From Octopus sinensis (lineage: Eukaryota): DNA of 64,000 nucleotides. Positions 42,766 to 56,368 of this stretch are shown in pieces. The notes under the pieces were generated by a model. It was not told where the DNA came from and searched no databases. It saw only the letters and a list, made by a program, of their open reading frames with translations. Location: assembly GCF_006345805.1 (NCBI RefSeq), contig NC_043001.1, positions 74,648,001 to 74,712,000 on the forward strand. Reading direction: 5' to 3'. The position numbers were made by a program, and so were the translations under genes. Every line of letters begins with the position of its first letter. Positions within the stretch are counted from its first letter, which is position 1.

Positions 42766-45057
42766 GTAAATATTGTTTATCACGTTCCAGTAAAGCTGTA
42801 TTAAGTATCTGTTAGGTTCCTTTGAAATGTAAAGTCAAAATAAACATGTATACCGGCCTCGAATATTAATTTAATAAGAAAAAATATTGCATTCAGTGGT
42901 AGGGAATATTCTGAAGTGATCTTAACCTATCCAGGCATTCGAATTTCAATTTTAAATTCGCAAGCGGAATATCAATTACAAATTTGGTTTTAAAGGATAT
43001 TGTAAAGAATATAAATTAAACCATTTAAAGGAATCTCATTTTTTTATTTATAAGACTGATCATTGATGTTTGTTTTAAAATGAATGATTACTAACATTTA
43101 TCCATTGAATTGTTAGTGAATCACTTGATGTATTCATCTTCACATTGTTTCCGATGTCAAGACATAACCCATTCTTCTCTAAACTACCAATGGAAATAGC
43201 TAACAGCTATACAGTGTTGGTGCTTGTTTACGGTATCGAGATGTACTTCTGCAGCACCTCTTTACAGCCAGGTGGATGAAGCCATTTGAGAACCATGTCT
43301 ATTGAACATATGTATAGAACCATATCCATCGATGGTTATGAGGTACTCACTCTTCGGGTGATAGAGCGACTCGGTCAGCTGTGATTGTCTTTTAAGAAAG
43401 AAAAAAAAGTCAATATTTTGTTAGGATTCTTCACCATACTTTTATATCGTATCAGTCTTAGATGATATTTTATGAAGTTGAATAATTATCTTTCATATAA
43501 GTTACTCATCTTTCTTCTTTTCTTTTCAATATCAATCAGCATACGTTGATGTGTGTGGGATATTATCTTGTTTTCCAAAGTATCACGTAGTTGCATGAGA
43601 GATAATTATATTTGCTTGCAGATTATAGAAGCAGCCAAACTTTAGAGTCACCATCTGATTACTGCAATATGTCGTAGCATTGCATAATACCTTCGTTGTA
43701 TAGTTAAATGAACTGGATCGGTGAGAGATAAATGGAGTTTCCATATTAATGTCTACAACACTAGAAGCTATAATCTTATGCCATGTGAGCTGGAGATTAT
43801 TCCAGCTTTTAATATATTATGTGTCTGAGAGATAATCATATTGGAAAGGAAACTCATCAGTCGGAGCATTTTCTTTCATTCCTAGAACTTATAGAGGCAG
43901 TCAACTTTCATATAGCGTCATCGTTTTGTAACTGTGGCATACCTTTGCATTTGCATAATATTCATGTTGTAGTTAAGTGGACTAGACCGGTGATAGTTAA
44001 ATGTTTCACCATATAAACTCTACAACTCATGAAGCAGCAATCCTACGTTGCTGTGTGTTGGAGTATTCAATGGATTATGTGGCTGACAGATGATTATACT
44101 GGATAGGAAACTTATCAATCTATGGTTTTCTTTGTCAGAAAACTTGTTCACATTTTTCAAATGAGTCCTACGACTCATATGGCCGGTTATCTAGTTTCGA
44201 TGAAATGTAAGTGACCGAGATCACTCAACATTCCCCTTGAATAGGACACCGGTCAGTTGCGGGGTTCAAGGCCAGCAATTTTGAAGGGAGGAGACAAGTC
44301 GATTGCATCAACCCCAGTACTTGTTTGATGCTTTATTTTGTCGACCCCTGCAGGGATGACAAGCAAAATTGACTGTAGATGGATTTGAACTCAGAGCATA
44401 AAGAGCCGGGAGAAATGTGTCTAAACATTTGATCGGAGACACTTACGAGTCTGCCAGTTCATCGCAGTATTTAATCCCATTACTGAAAGATAAATAAGTG
44501 ACCAACATGGAGACAACACTTTATTGCTACAATATCCATACTGTATATGTAATAGTGAAATGAACTATATACTGGACATATATAAAGATAACGATATATG
44601 TATGTTCTGTGGTGTCTGGGGAGAATCATTCTATTTTGGTGCCTTATAATTTAACACACTCACTGGTAAAATTTCCACTTATTTCTATATTATTATTATT
44701 TTTTTATTTTTCTAAAATTTTCGTTACGTCTTGCAACCTTTTCAATAGTTTTGACTCAAAACTATTGAAAATGTTGCAAGACGCAACTTTTTCAATAGTT
44801 ATAGATATTAACTTATATATATTAACCTTTTCAATAGTTATATATATTGATTTATATATACACACATACATACATGCATACGCACATATATAGGAAACGT
44901 AAGAAATATTAATCCTTCATTTGGAATCCTCTTCACTCGGCAAGCTGCCATTCTCTATACTGCTCTTATGTTCTTATATTCTTATATTACAGTCATATTT
45001 CTGTTCATCAAAAACCCAATTTTAAATCTTATTTTATGTTCTCTTATTTATATACAG

Positions 45058-45127
45058 GTTTAGAGAGGCAGTTTCGAAATTTATGACGACATTTTTACAC
45101 CCTATAAACCCCATTGATAAAAACAAT
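45058..45127 (+). CDS. ACCS: ACCS-like exon (FREAVSKFMTTFLHPINPIDKNN)
   Basis: CAG| acceptor, |GTAAGT donor, phase 2/0; FRxAVAxFM motif. Confidence 0.9.
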
Positions 45128-45279
45128 GTAAGTAGTGTGATTGTCTTGTTATACATTAGTAAAAAAAATTCTGTTGAAAATAAATATGTATTAACATTGC
45201 CATAACTATACATTTTCATTCAAGCAAAATAGTATAAAACAATGTAAGTAGTACCGTTATTTGAATATATAGATGAGAG

Positions 45280-45895
45280 AAGGCAGTGAGTTGGCAGAAT
45301 CGTTAGCGCGCCGTGCGAAAAGCTTAGCGGTATTTCGTCTGCGTTACGTTGTGAGTTCAAATTCCGCCGAGGTCGACTTTGCCTTTCATCCTTTCGGGGT
45401 CGATAAATTAAGTACCAGTTACGCACTGGGGTCGATGTAATCGACTTAATACCTATGTCTGTCCTTGTTTGTCCCCTCTGTGTTTAGCCCCTTGTGGGTA
45501 ATAAAAAAATAGGTATTTCGTCTGCCGTTACGTTCTGAGTTCAAATTCCGCTGAGGTTGACTTTGCCTTTCATCCTTTTGGGGTCGATAAATTAAGTACC
45601 CGTTACACAATGGGGTCGATGTAATCGACTTAATCCCTTTGTTTGTCCCCTCTATGTTTAGCTCCTTGTGGGCAATAAAGAAATAAGAATCGTTAGCGCT
45701 TCGGACACATTGCTTAGCAGCATTTCTTTCAACTCTATATGTTCCCAGTTCAAATCCCGCCATGGTCAACTTTACCCATTGATCATTACTACATGGATAA
45801 GATAAAGTACCAGTCAAGTATTGGGGTCGATGTAATCAACTTGCTCACTGCCCTCAAAATTACTTGCTTTGTGGCAAAATTATGAAAAGATTGTT
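45280..45895 (+). mobile_element. Multimeric SINE family A array
   Basis: Full unit, then tail-to-internal junction aaatag|gtatttcg at 45512, then a further re-entry aaataag|aatcgttagc at about 45687. Confidence 0.85.
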
Positions 45896-46755
45896 TTCAT
45901 AACATACGAAGAATGTACTGAATGTAATGCAAAAGTGGACATAATTTTTTTATTGCATCACTTACTCAGTAACTTCCGTATTATTAAACATGATCATAAG
46001 ACGGTGATGTAACCGATTTAGCCTCACCCCTAAAATTGCTGGCCTTGTGTCAACATTTGAAACCATTATTAAAGATGGAGAAAGGCGGCGACCTGGAAGA
46101 ATCATTACCTCGCCGAATTTAGCGGTATTTCGCTTGTCTTAATGTTCTGATTTCAAATCCCACGTAGGTCACCTTGGCCTTTCATCCTTTTGGGGGTCGA
46201 TTAAATAAGTACCACTCAAGAACTAGCCCCTACTTCGTGAAAGTTTCAGACCTTATGACTATAGAAGAAAGGATTATTAAAGACAAGCAAACTAGAAAAG
46301 AACCCGTCACACAAGCACATCAACACAGACATAAACGCTTAGATATTTTTGAATCGTTGAGTAGGAGAAACAAAAGAAATGCCAATGACTCCTTTTAGAA
46401 CTTCTGAGATAGGTGGGGAGAGGAGGAGATTAAGTTATCCTCCGGTTGAAGATCTAAATCGAATACAGTTTAACACCACCGATGTGAGCTAAAAGCATTT
46501 GAACACGGATAGTGGTAGTGTTAAGAGGTTAAGTGTACCACGTTAGAACAGAAAAATGCCTCTCTGATGGGTTTCCACACAGTTGGCCCAAATTCTAATC
46601 ACTTGGTCTCGGTTGAAGATACGCAGTGAAATTTGCTGTGCTATAAATCCGAAATTAAATCCGATACGATGTATTTGCCAAGTGAACACCCTACAAATAC
46701 AGTTATGTTAACACGCATATAGAATCCAGGCCCATTTAGAGATACCACCTAGATA

Positions 46756-46873
<118 letters not shown>

Positions 46874-46883
46874 TATATATATA

Positions 46884-46924
<41 letters not shown>

Positions 46925-47028
46925 CACACATATCCATCCATCCATCCATACATACATACATAATACACACACACACACATATATTTATGAACGCTTGAAG
47001 ACAATCAAAGCCTCATTTCATTTTACAG

Positions 47029-47095
47029 TTAATTACACTCAGTGGTGTTACCAGTCTGCTAAACATCGTCGCATTTGGATTAGCTGAAGAAAATG
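47029..47095 (+). CDS. ACCS: ACCS-like exon (LITLSGVTSLLNIVAFGLAEEN-D)
   Basis: CAG| acceptor, G|GTAAGT donor, phase 0/1; aligns with the 'VxxGxTx..xxF.LAxPGD' region. Confidence 0.9.
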
Positions 47096-47464
47096 GTAAG
47101 TTCCTTCTCTGTAAATTTTCATATATCACAAATGTTGAAGTTGAAATAAGATGTTTTAAACCATGAAGAATTTTTATAAAAATACTGAGTTTTATTTGCA
47201 TTCATAATACTGAATACGAAACTTACAGATATGCTGTATAACCACTAAAAGTGTTATTTTTTACTAAATATTACTGAGTATGCATTGAGTATTTTGAATT
47301 TATCCGTGTAAATATGTAAAAACCTATTGCGCGCGTGCGCACACACACACCACTCACACGCACACGCACACGCACACCCCCACACACATACACACGCACG
47401 CACACGCACACACACATACACACACACACACACACGCACATACACACATACACATATAAATATG

Positions 47465-48205
47465 TGTATATGTACCCCAGGTAAATGAAGAGATCGACTG
47501 CGAGAAAGGGGTGTTCATCGATGTTAATTTGCGGTGGCTGGTATGTGGATGATGGCGATTTCTGGAAGGCACATGTATGGCAGAACCTGAGCATTGCAGC
47601 TATCCACCAGGATCAAAATCTACGAGGCACTTGTCACTATTACATTCCTCTATTGGTCAGAAGTTTAGGCGCTGTACAGAAAACAGGTCAAACTACTGGA
47701 ACGTTTTCATCAGAGATGCCTTCACTCCATCATGGACATCTTATAGAGAGAATATATCCCCAACAACGAAGTCCTCCAGCAGACCAACGTCCAGAGCATT
47801 GAAACCATGCTGCTGGTCAGGCAGTTCAGATGGGTCGGTTACGTTTCACACAGGACCAGGTCCAGTATGCCAAAGGCCGCATTCTATAGCGGGCTCAGCT
47901 AGAGCAAAAGCGACTAGCTGAATTACCAGCTCACCCAGCCAGGGATAGACTCCACAGAGTGATAGGGATTTGCAGTACAGAGGGAAGCGTGGTGAGATAG
48001 CACCCAGATCGCTGCAACCAATTTTGTGAATATCCGAGCACTGCAGCAGATGAGAAACGCTAAAGAAGGAAATAGTCATCGTCACGATCCCCATCTCACC
48101 AAAGACTACACTAGGGCCTTCGTTCAAGGATCAGTTTACATAAACACTTAAGGACTTGCATCTATTCCTCATGGTCTTCAGGCACGAATAACTGCCTCCC
48201 TTCTC
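47465..48205. pseudogene. RTE-clade LINE fragments (rearranged)
   Basis: Minus strand FIYLG; plus strand ERFHQRCLHSIMDI and IPNNEVL-like RTE C-terminal remnants. Confidence 0.6.
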
Positions 48206-48378
48206 GTCATATATAAACGCATGTGTATGTATATGTGAGTGTGTGCGTGCGTGTGCATTTGTGTGTGTATGTATGCATGTGTATGTGGCTCTGTGTGTCA
48301 TTGTATATGTATGCATTTAAGTTCAATGAGTACATACTCTGAATCTTTCGTGCAAAAATCTAGTCTATTCGTGTAAAA

Positions 48379-48411
<33 letters not shown>

Positions 48412-49206
48412 CATACATACATACATACATACATACATACATACATAATACATACGTACAATATACATACATACATACATACATGCATGCATACATATAT
48501 GTGTGTACGCGTATGTATTTTGTATGAGCTTTTTTGCACGTGTGCATGTTTGTCTGTAGTAAACTAATAGTAAATTAATAGAAATATTACCAGGAAATGA
48601 AGTAGACGAATGAGCCTCAATTACAATTTCATAACACGACTTTTCTAGCAATCATAATAATTAGATTCTATTTCTGAACCTAAACCGATTAAAACAACTT
48701 TCATCGGTGTAATTTTATTTTACATTTTTCTTCGAAATTTTGTCGTATATTGATGGGTGTTATTTTCATTAAATATTACTGAGTATGCATTGAGTATTTT
48801 GAATTTATCTATGTAAATATGTAAAAACCTATTCCAATGAGAAGCACACTCACTGATTCCGTTTTATTTCTTTTCTTATCATTAGCGCAAATAGAAACGA
48901 AATGACTCTGACAAACCTAACTAATTGACTGGACACTTAATCAAACAACCGATTAGTTATTCAAACAACCGGCTAGTTGACTAATAACAATAAAAGACAT
49001 AAAATTGCACTTGTGCACGTGTTTCATAGTTGCATTATGACCCTTCCTAGATACAGCACAATCTGTTTCGACACACGATTTCACATCGAGAATCTTGCAA
49101 TCCATATACAAAAATAAAATTCTTTCCCAAAATGAGAAATATTCTAAGTATTTCAAATATCCGGTATGTGCATATGACGCGGTAGTTTATTAGAATAGAC
49201 ATCTAC

Positions 49207-49876
49207 GAATTATGTACGTTATTTATATCATTTACATTTCACGGATATTAGTCCTCATTTTGTTTGTTATTAACACAACGTTTCAGCTGATATACCCTCC
49301 AGCCTTCATCAGGTGTCTTGTGGAAAATTTCGAACCTGTTGTTGTTGTTGTTGTTATTATTATTATTAAGGTCACTGACTGGAATCGAACTCGGAATCTT
49401 GGGGTTAGTAGCTCGCGCTCTTAACCACTACGCCATATACCACTGGGCAATTATGGAGTGAATTTTAGACTAAAAGAAGCAGCACATATACTTGGATACA
49501 ACAAACTCCTAAGCAGACCGAGTGCAGATATGAATAGCATATGGAAACCGGTAGTAAGGAAGGATAGAATATTAGATTTATAAGCCCTAAAATTCACGCC
49601 ATAACTGCCCATGGGCATATGGCATAGTGGTTAAGAGCACAGGCTATTTACCCCAACATTCCGAGTTCGATTCAAGGCAGTGACCTGAATAATAATAGTA
49701 GTAGTAATAATAATAATGATATTAATAATAATGATAATATCGAAAAATACCTTAGGAATTTCCCCAAGACACCTGATAAAGGCTGGAGGGTGTATCAGCC
49801 GAAACATTATGTTATCAAATATCCGTCAAATGTAAATAATGTACATAATTCCTCATCTCTTAAATATAGAACTGTA
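49207..49876 (+). mobile_element. 5'-truncated Penelope-like element: inverted pLTR, GIY-YIG C-terminus, pLTR
   Basis: Inverted arms at 49207-49468 and 49587-49876. The spacer 49470-49583 encodes LKEAAHILGYNKLLSRPSADMNSIWKPVVRKDRILDL*. atctacgaattat is duplicated at 49201 and 49876. Confidence 0.75.
49273..49316 (-). ncRNA. Minimal type I hammerhead ribozyme motif, intact core
   Basis: Minus strand acac-CTGATGA-a-ggctg...cagct-GAAAC-GTT-gtgt. Confidence 0.65.
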
Positions 49877-50330
49877 TCTACGAATTATATTTATTGCTAT
49901 TTTTTCTAGAGGAAATTTATTCATGAGAGAGAAAATACTTTATGCTAAATATTTAAACATTTAGTGAGCTTGTAATAAGTAACTTTTAAACATTTTACAG
50001 CTAAATAATAGTGCTAAACTTTGAATATATTCCACACACACTTCTCTGTATAATTATGGCCCAGTTACTGCAATATTTTTCATGAAATAACATCTCTTAT
50101 GGACTTGCTGTGTTAAAAACACAATAAATACCACAACAGCACCAAACGAGAGCATTCGATGCATTTCGGCTGACACAGTAAGTCCATAATAAATGTTATC
50201 TCTGGACAAATACTGCAGCAATTGGCCTATCGACAATATATATACAAATATATATACACATATAAATGCGATACTTAAATGGTTAAATGGAATATTTCAG
50301 TTAAATTCCTTTCTTTTTGTTTCTTTCTAG

Positions 50331-50428
50331 ATTATTTCCTTTGTTTGACACCGTATTATTCCAGAATAAGAAACGATATCCTTGACTTTGCACGCATCCA
50401 GACGTACGATGTGTCAATCAAAGAAACG
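50331..50428 (+). CDS. ACCS: ACCS-like exon (DYFLCLTPYYSRIRNDILDFARIQTYDVSIKET)
   Basis: TAG| acceptor, G|GTTCGT donor, phase 1/0; TPYY motif. Confidence 0.9.
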
Positions 50429-51274
50429 GTTCGTTTTAATAATTCCATATTCATCAATTTTTTAACCTCTTTTATTCTTTTATTTCGTTAACGACAGTGA
50501 TTTATATTTTCTACCACTTGGCTGAGACGATAGTATCCGAGAATGTTCGATATATTTTTAGTTCAATACTGATTCTGCTATTCCATCGTTACATAACAGA
50601 AGAGATTTTTGGATACATTCTACCCATTACTATCACTACTATTCAATGCAAGATAGCCCCTTTACTTGCCCTTGCTAACATGGTGAAACCAGCCTATACC
50701 AGATGTTATATTTTCAAAACTTTTGCACCCCAATATTAGTGGGCGCCAAAGACTAACCAACCACATTGGCGTAACCGGCAAAGACACACAACATGAAATT
50801 AGGGACATACTGAAGCCAATCAAAAGATGACGTGGAGGAATATTTGGGACCCCTAATGAAAACTTTTTAAATTATAAAAAAAGAAAAAGAAGAGGAAGAA
50901 AGAAGGAAAAAACTGTCCAAAATAATGTCTAAATGTAACCACTCGACTTCGGGGTTTGAGTGAGCATTGCGCCTCATTTTACCATTTTCATAGTTTCATT
51001 CGGTCTTTTTACTTTTTCTCCCTCACTTGATTTCTTTTTGTATTTCTATTTCCCCTATTATGTGTTTTGTATTGTCTTTGTAAAGTATAACCTCTATTTT
51101 TAGCCCTTCGTGGGTACTAACAAATTAAGGGCGTTGGTGTTGCCTTGGTGGAGATTTGCGCTCTCTGAGTGCTCTTGCTTGTATTATGGTTTTAAAAAAT
51201 CTAAACATCTTTCCATCATACAAATAAACTATTAATACATCCATTTTCTTTCTTTCAATATTAATAATATGTAG

Positions 51275-51662
51275 AGCGGCGAGCTGGCAGAATCGTTAGC
51301 ACGCCGGGCGAAATGCGTAGCCGTATTTCGTCTGCCGTTACGTTCTGATTTCAGATTCCGTCGAGGTCGACTTTGCCTTTCATCCTTTCGGGGTCGATTA
51401 AATAAGTACCAGTTACGCACTAGGATCGATATAATCGACGTAATCCCTTTGTTTGTCCTCTCTGTGTTTCGCCCCTTGTGGGTAGTAAAGAAATAGGTAT
51501 TTCGTCTACCGCTACGTTCTGAGCTCAAAATCATCCGAGGTCGACATTGCCTTTCATCCTTTCATTGTCGATTACGCATTAGGGTCGTGTAATCGACTTT
51601 TTCCCTTTGTCTGTCCTTATTTGTCCCCTCTATGTTTAGCCCCACTGAGCAATAAAGAAATA
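51275..51662 (+). mobile_element. Dimeric SINE family A with TSD
   Basis: Junction aaagaaatag|gtatttcg at 51496; aatattaataata flanks the whole dimer on both sides. Confidence 0.85.
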
Positions 51663-51881
51663 AATATTAATAATAATCATTGATACAATAATCCCTAACA
51701 TATCGCAGAGACTTTCGCATTATATGATAGTGATTAACCAGTGGAATCTAATCCGGATCTAACTTCATCGAATTGGCACACATACACACACACACACACA
51801 TGCGGTTAAGTATGTCTGGTCATAAAGTGATTAATGGTTTCGCATCCATGTAGCGCTTAGCTCTATAGACGACTCGTCAGA

Positions 51882-51918
<37 letters not shown>

Positions 51919-51962
51919 ATGTTTAAATAACATGTATGTATGAATATATGTATGTATGTATG

Positions 51963-52069
<107 letters not shown>

Positions 52070-52074
52070 ATGTA

Positions 52075-52109
<35 letters not shown>

Positions 52110-52166
52110 TTACCTATCTATCCATCCATCTAGCAACCTCAAATGTAATATTTCTCGTTTTAAAAG

Positions 52167-52241
52167 GGTCCCAATGGTGAAATTGAATACATTGTCACTT
52201 ATAAAAAGCTTGAAGCTGCCTATTTGAAAGCCAAAGAGAAG
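52167..52241 (+). CDS. ACCS: ACCS-like exon ([25 protein letters not shown])
   Basis: AAG| acceptor, AAG|GTGAGA donor, phase 0/0; 'TxxxLExAYxxA' motif. Confidence 0.88.
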
Positions 52242-52639
52242 GTGAGACTAAATTAATTTAAAATTAACAATATAGATTGAAGACCGCATATTAAAATTAT
52301 AAATATATTTACCTACAATTACTTCTCAGTGATAACGTATTTCTAAGTAAAATACGATATTATTGTTTCCTAATTAATTTTTTTACTTTAAAATATCTTT
52401 ATAATCGTCTCTTAAGAAATATTATCAAAGCGCAAATAAATAAGTTCCGCTGCACCTTTGACAAGTAGGAATTTTTTTGACAGTATATCCCATCAAAGTA
52501 CACATAGATATTATATAAAAATACAGAGCACTAATATAAGCAGTCAAAGCAATATCTATTTGGCGCGTGGTTTGGGTTTGTATCTTTAAGGGCAGAAGTC
52601 TTTCTTTTATGAGAATGAAAGGGACAATAAAAGTCCCGC

Positions 52640-52704
<65 letters not shown>

Positions 52705-53076
52705 ACATACTTACACACACATATACATATATATACATACATACACACACATATCCATAAGCGCATGTGCGCACGCATACACACACATTGTATTCCTTTT
52801 AATTTTGCCTTGTTTCAAGCCTTGGGGCTTGAAGGGTTGTAGTCGAACAAATCGACCACTGTACTTACATTTTCTTTTAAGCCTGATTCTTATTCTATCG
52901 GTTTTATTTGCCGAAGATCTGCTAAGTTAGATTAAGTTTGTAGAAACTTCGTCAACAGTTAAAGTTTGGTGACTCATCGAATTTAAAGTATTACTTTTCT
53001 TAACGACTAAAAATAATCTTTATTGTTTTATTTTGGTTATCTGCTCAACTCAATATTTTGTCATTTTCATATTCCT

Positions 53077-53475
53077 TCTATAATTATAAACGCGAAATTC
53101 TGTCTGCCCGTCCGGTCGGGATCCCTGCATCTCACTCTACATTTGCTCTTCATAGACATATACCGTTTTGGAATCAGGATGATCCTGGGATTGAAGAACT
53201 GCCCTTCATTTGGTTCTTGAACATTCAACGTTGTGATCAGGTCTGGATGAAGATTTGTTATATGCTAACAACTGAAAATTCAAATTTTAAAAGAACTCCA
53301 AAAATTTGTGAACTTACAAGTTTTTCATTTAAAGTAAATTTAAAGTAACGGCATATTGTTAGGTACCAATAAATGTTTTATTTTTATAGCTCCCTTTCGT
53401 TTTGGGCCGCAGGCCCAGTTAATCCCCCGCAGGAGATAGCCTAAAAATTCACACGGATTGCGTCTTTTAAGCTAG
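53077..53475 (+). mobile_element. Non-autonomous Helitron-like element
   Basis: TCTATAATTATAAA 5' end and CTAG|T 3' end after a GC-rich segment. Confidence 0.45.
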
Positions 53476-53579
53476 TTTTAATATTAATTTAGATTCATAT
53501 ATAGAGTGGACTTCGTTGTTTATATACAATCAATATTTATCACTATTTAATTATAGAAAAAAAGGGTTGAAAAGGCAGA

Positions 53580-54471
53580 AGAATTTTGTTAAGGTCGTGG
53601 ATAGAACTGGCAAGGAATTCAAGTATTTGAAAACTTAATTTTCAAAAGTAAGTGACGCAAAATTCAAGGAAGGTATTTTTGTTGGGTCACAGATTAGGGA
53701 GCTGGTGAGAGACCAAAAGCTTGATGAAGATCTCAATGATGTTGAAAAACCTGCGTGGATGTCATTTCAGAAAGCTTGCTGAGAATTTTGGAGGAATCGC
53801 AGAGTACAGAACTATTCTGACATTGTGAAAGAGCTAATGACATCATACAAGGCTTTGGGATGCAATATGAACCTAAAAATCCAGTTCTTGAACTCTCACT
53901 TTTTCCTTGCAAATTTTGGGGCTGTCAGTGACGAGCACGGCGAGAGGTTTCACCAGGACATTCTGAACATGGAAACCTGGTACCAAGGAAAGTGGAACTC
54001 TTCTATGTTGGCTGATTATTGTTGGTCACTAAAAAGGTACGTTCCAGAAGCTAAATACAGTCGAAAATCATACGCCTCTACGTTTTAGAGCTAAGTTTCC
54101 TTGTAATAGCCTAATTTTTGAATTCATGAAATACAATTGCTTATCAGTTTACATAAGCTATCACAGAAAAACTATGATTTATAGAAAAGAAATCTGGAAA
54201 CACACTTGAATTCTGCAGATAAAATGCAATTAAGTTCACCTACCTTTGTTTGTAGGACAGAATTTTTCATTAATTCTGTTGACCAATTGTAATTGTCAAC
54301 TTTATTTCTACATTAATATAGTACATTTATTGTATAATTTAATTTCACATAAAAACCATGCCTGATAGAAAATTTCTAAAAAACAGATTCGAAATCTGCG
54401 TTAAAAGTACTTTAAAGTTCACTTTCTTTACTTCATGAGACAGTAGAAAGTTCGAATTTTGTTGACCAGTG
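53580..54471 (+). pseudogene. Chapaev3/CMC-type transposase 3' fragment with right TIR
   Basis: NFVK..FKYLK..KEGIFVG.QIR and CNMNLKIQFLNSH..GAVSDEHGERFHQDI..YQGKW..MLADYCW; ends TTGTTGACCAGTG|TAA (CACTG terminus). Confidence 0.75.
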
Positions 54472-55235
54472 TAACAGACGATATAAAAGTTGGTTGGTTG
54501 GTTGATTGATTTCTCCAGTCACGCTTTATATCGTGCAGAGAGCGAGGATAGGGGAGAATAAAAGTGGAACACTACACACACATGCACAATGAAAGGGAAA
54601 GAATCAAAGAAACAGAGGCGGGGAAAGAGGAAGAGTGGAAGTAAATGACGAAATAGTTATGGGAAAAGTTTATGCAAATGTTTAATTTGTTCTAATTTTA
54701 TTTTAAGATAATAAATATTTTTGTTTTGAAAATTATTCATTACGTTAATCCAGATTGATGAAAGTTAAAATCCTTGTGAGTGGATTTGGTAGACGGAAAC
54801 TGAAAGATACCCGTCGTATGTATGTATGTATGTATGTATGTATGTATGTATGTATGTATGTATGTACGTGTGCGTGTGTTTGTGTTTTTTTTTGTCCCTA
54901 ACCATCTCTTTCGAACCATTGTTGGTTTGTTTACGTACCCGTAACTTTGTGGTTCGGCAAATGAAACTGGTAGAATAAGTGCCAGGCTTTAAAAAGTAAG
55001 TACTGGGATCATACTTTCATTGTTCGACTAAAACAAAAACTTCAAGGCGTTGCCCCAGCATGGCCGCAGCCCAATGATTGAAACAAGTAAAATGACTATA
55101 AATATTGTAGTCGTGTCATATTTTCTGATATATTACCGATGGTGGGAAAAGTAGGCCCCCAAAGTTACTCCTCATTTGACGGGTAACTCTCTCTATATAG
55201 TCTTTAATAATCCTAGAAGCTATTTTAAACTTCAG

Positions 55236-55336
55236 GGTTACTCAATCAAGGGTATAGTTGTTATCAACCCGAATAATCCAACTGGACGCTTGCTGCCGAA
55301 GAACGAAATCGAAATTATTTTTCAATTCGCTAAAAG
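55236..55336 (+). CDS. ACCS: ACCS-like exon (GYSIKGIVVINPNNPTGRLLPKNEIEIIFQFAK-S)
   Basis: CAG| acceptor, AG|GTAAGT donor, phase 0/2; NPxNPxG motif. Confidence 0.95.
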
Positions 55337-55637
55337 GTAAGTGAGATTTGCTTAACAATAACTTAATCACCCATTTATCTATTCAAGTATAACAGTTCTG
55401 TAAAGATCTGTCAGACATATTTTACTCATGTGAATCTTACATTAATCGCTTCATTAAATAACGGTTTCAAATTTTCGGACATGGCCAGAAATTTTGAGGG
55501 TAGGTGACAAGTCGATTACATCGACCATAGTATCAAGCTGGTATTTATTTTAATGGCTCAGGAAGGATGGAATGTGAAGTCGACCTCGATGGAATTTGAA
55601 GAAGAAATGCAAAGAGATTTTACTGATGCTTCAACAA

Positions 55638-55905
55638 GCGTAGGAGTTGCTGTGTGGTAAGTAGCTTGCTAACGAACCACATTGTTCCGGGTTCAGTCCC
55701 ACTGCGTGGCACCTGGGGCAAGTGTCTTCTACTATAGCCTCGGGCCGACCTTGTGAGTGGATTTCGTAGACGGAAACTGAAAGAAGCCCGTCGTATATGT
55801 GTATATATATGTATGTATGTGTATGTATGTGTATGTTTGTGTGTATGTTTGTCCCGCCAACACCGCTTGACAACCGATGCTGGTGTGTTTTACAAGTAAA
55901 AGAGT
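55638..55905 (+). mobile_element. SINE family B (CORE-like), internally deleted copy
   Basis: gtgtggtaagtagcttgct head, gggttcagtccc, ggcacctggggcaagtgtcttctact core; same family as 61735-62120. Confidence 0.75.
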
Positions 55906-56368
55906 ATTCTGACAGCTCACCTCCTTGATTGTTTCATTGATAACGCTTTCAAATTTAGCACAAGGCCAGTAATTTTCAGGTGAGGAGACAAGTCAATTAC
56001 ATCTACCCTAGTGGTCAACTCTCCAAGTCGAGCCATTACTTCTCTGAAATGACAGGCTACATATAATAAAATAAAAATTATTAGTATTCTCTCTGTCACG
56101 ACTTGTGTTCGAGAGTTACAGCTTAAACATCTTTAACTATGGAATGAAATCAAAAACATTCGATGTGTAAAACCATGAAAGAGTGTCATGACAATTTATA
56201 AATTTATGCACACATATTAAACAGAAACCAGTTTATTAACATTGATTGAAGAGTACTAACTTAAAAGAAGCCGATCTTTCCTAATGATAAAACGCCGTTT
56301 CTTGAAATATGTTTGACGTCACATGGTGTCATGTGATGACGGAGTGTCCTGGATCCAAAGAGATGAGC

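Noticed and set aside
43735-43862. Minus-strand CTGATGA-gtttcc...ggaaac as a hammerhead or C/D box
   Set aside because: No GAAA follows the putative stem II, and it is antisense to the host gene with no matching D box arrangement.
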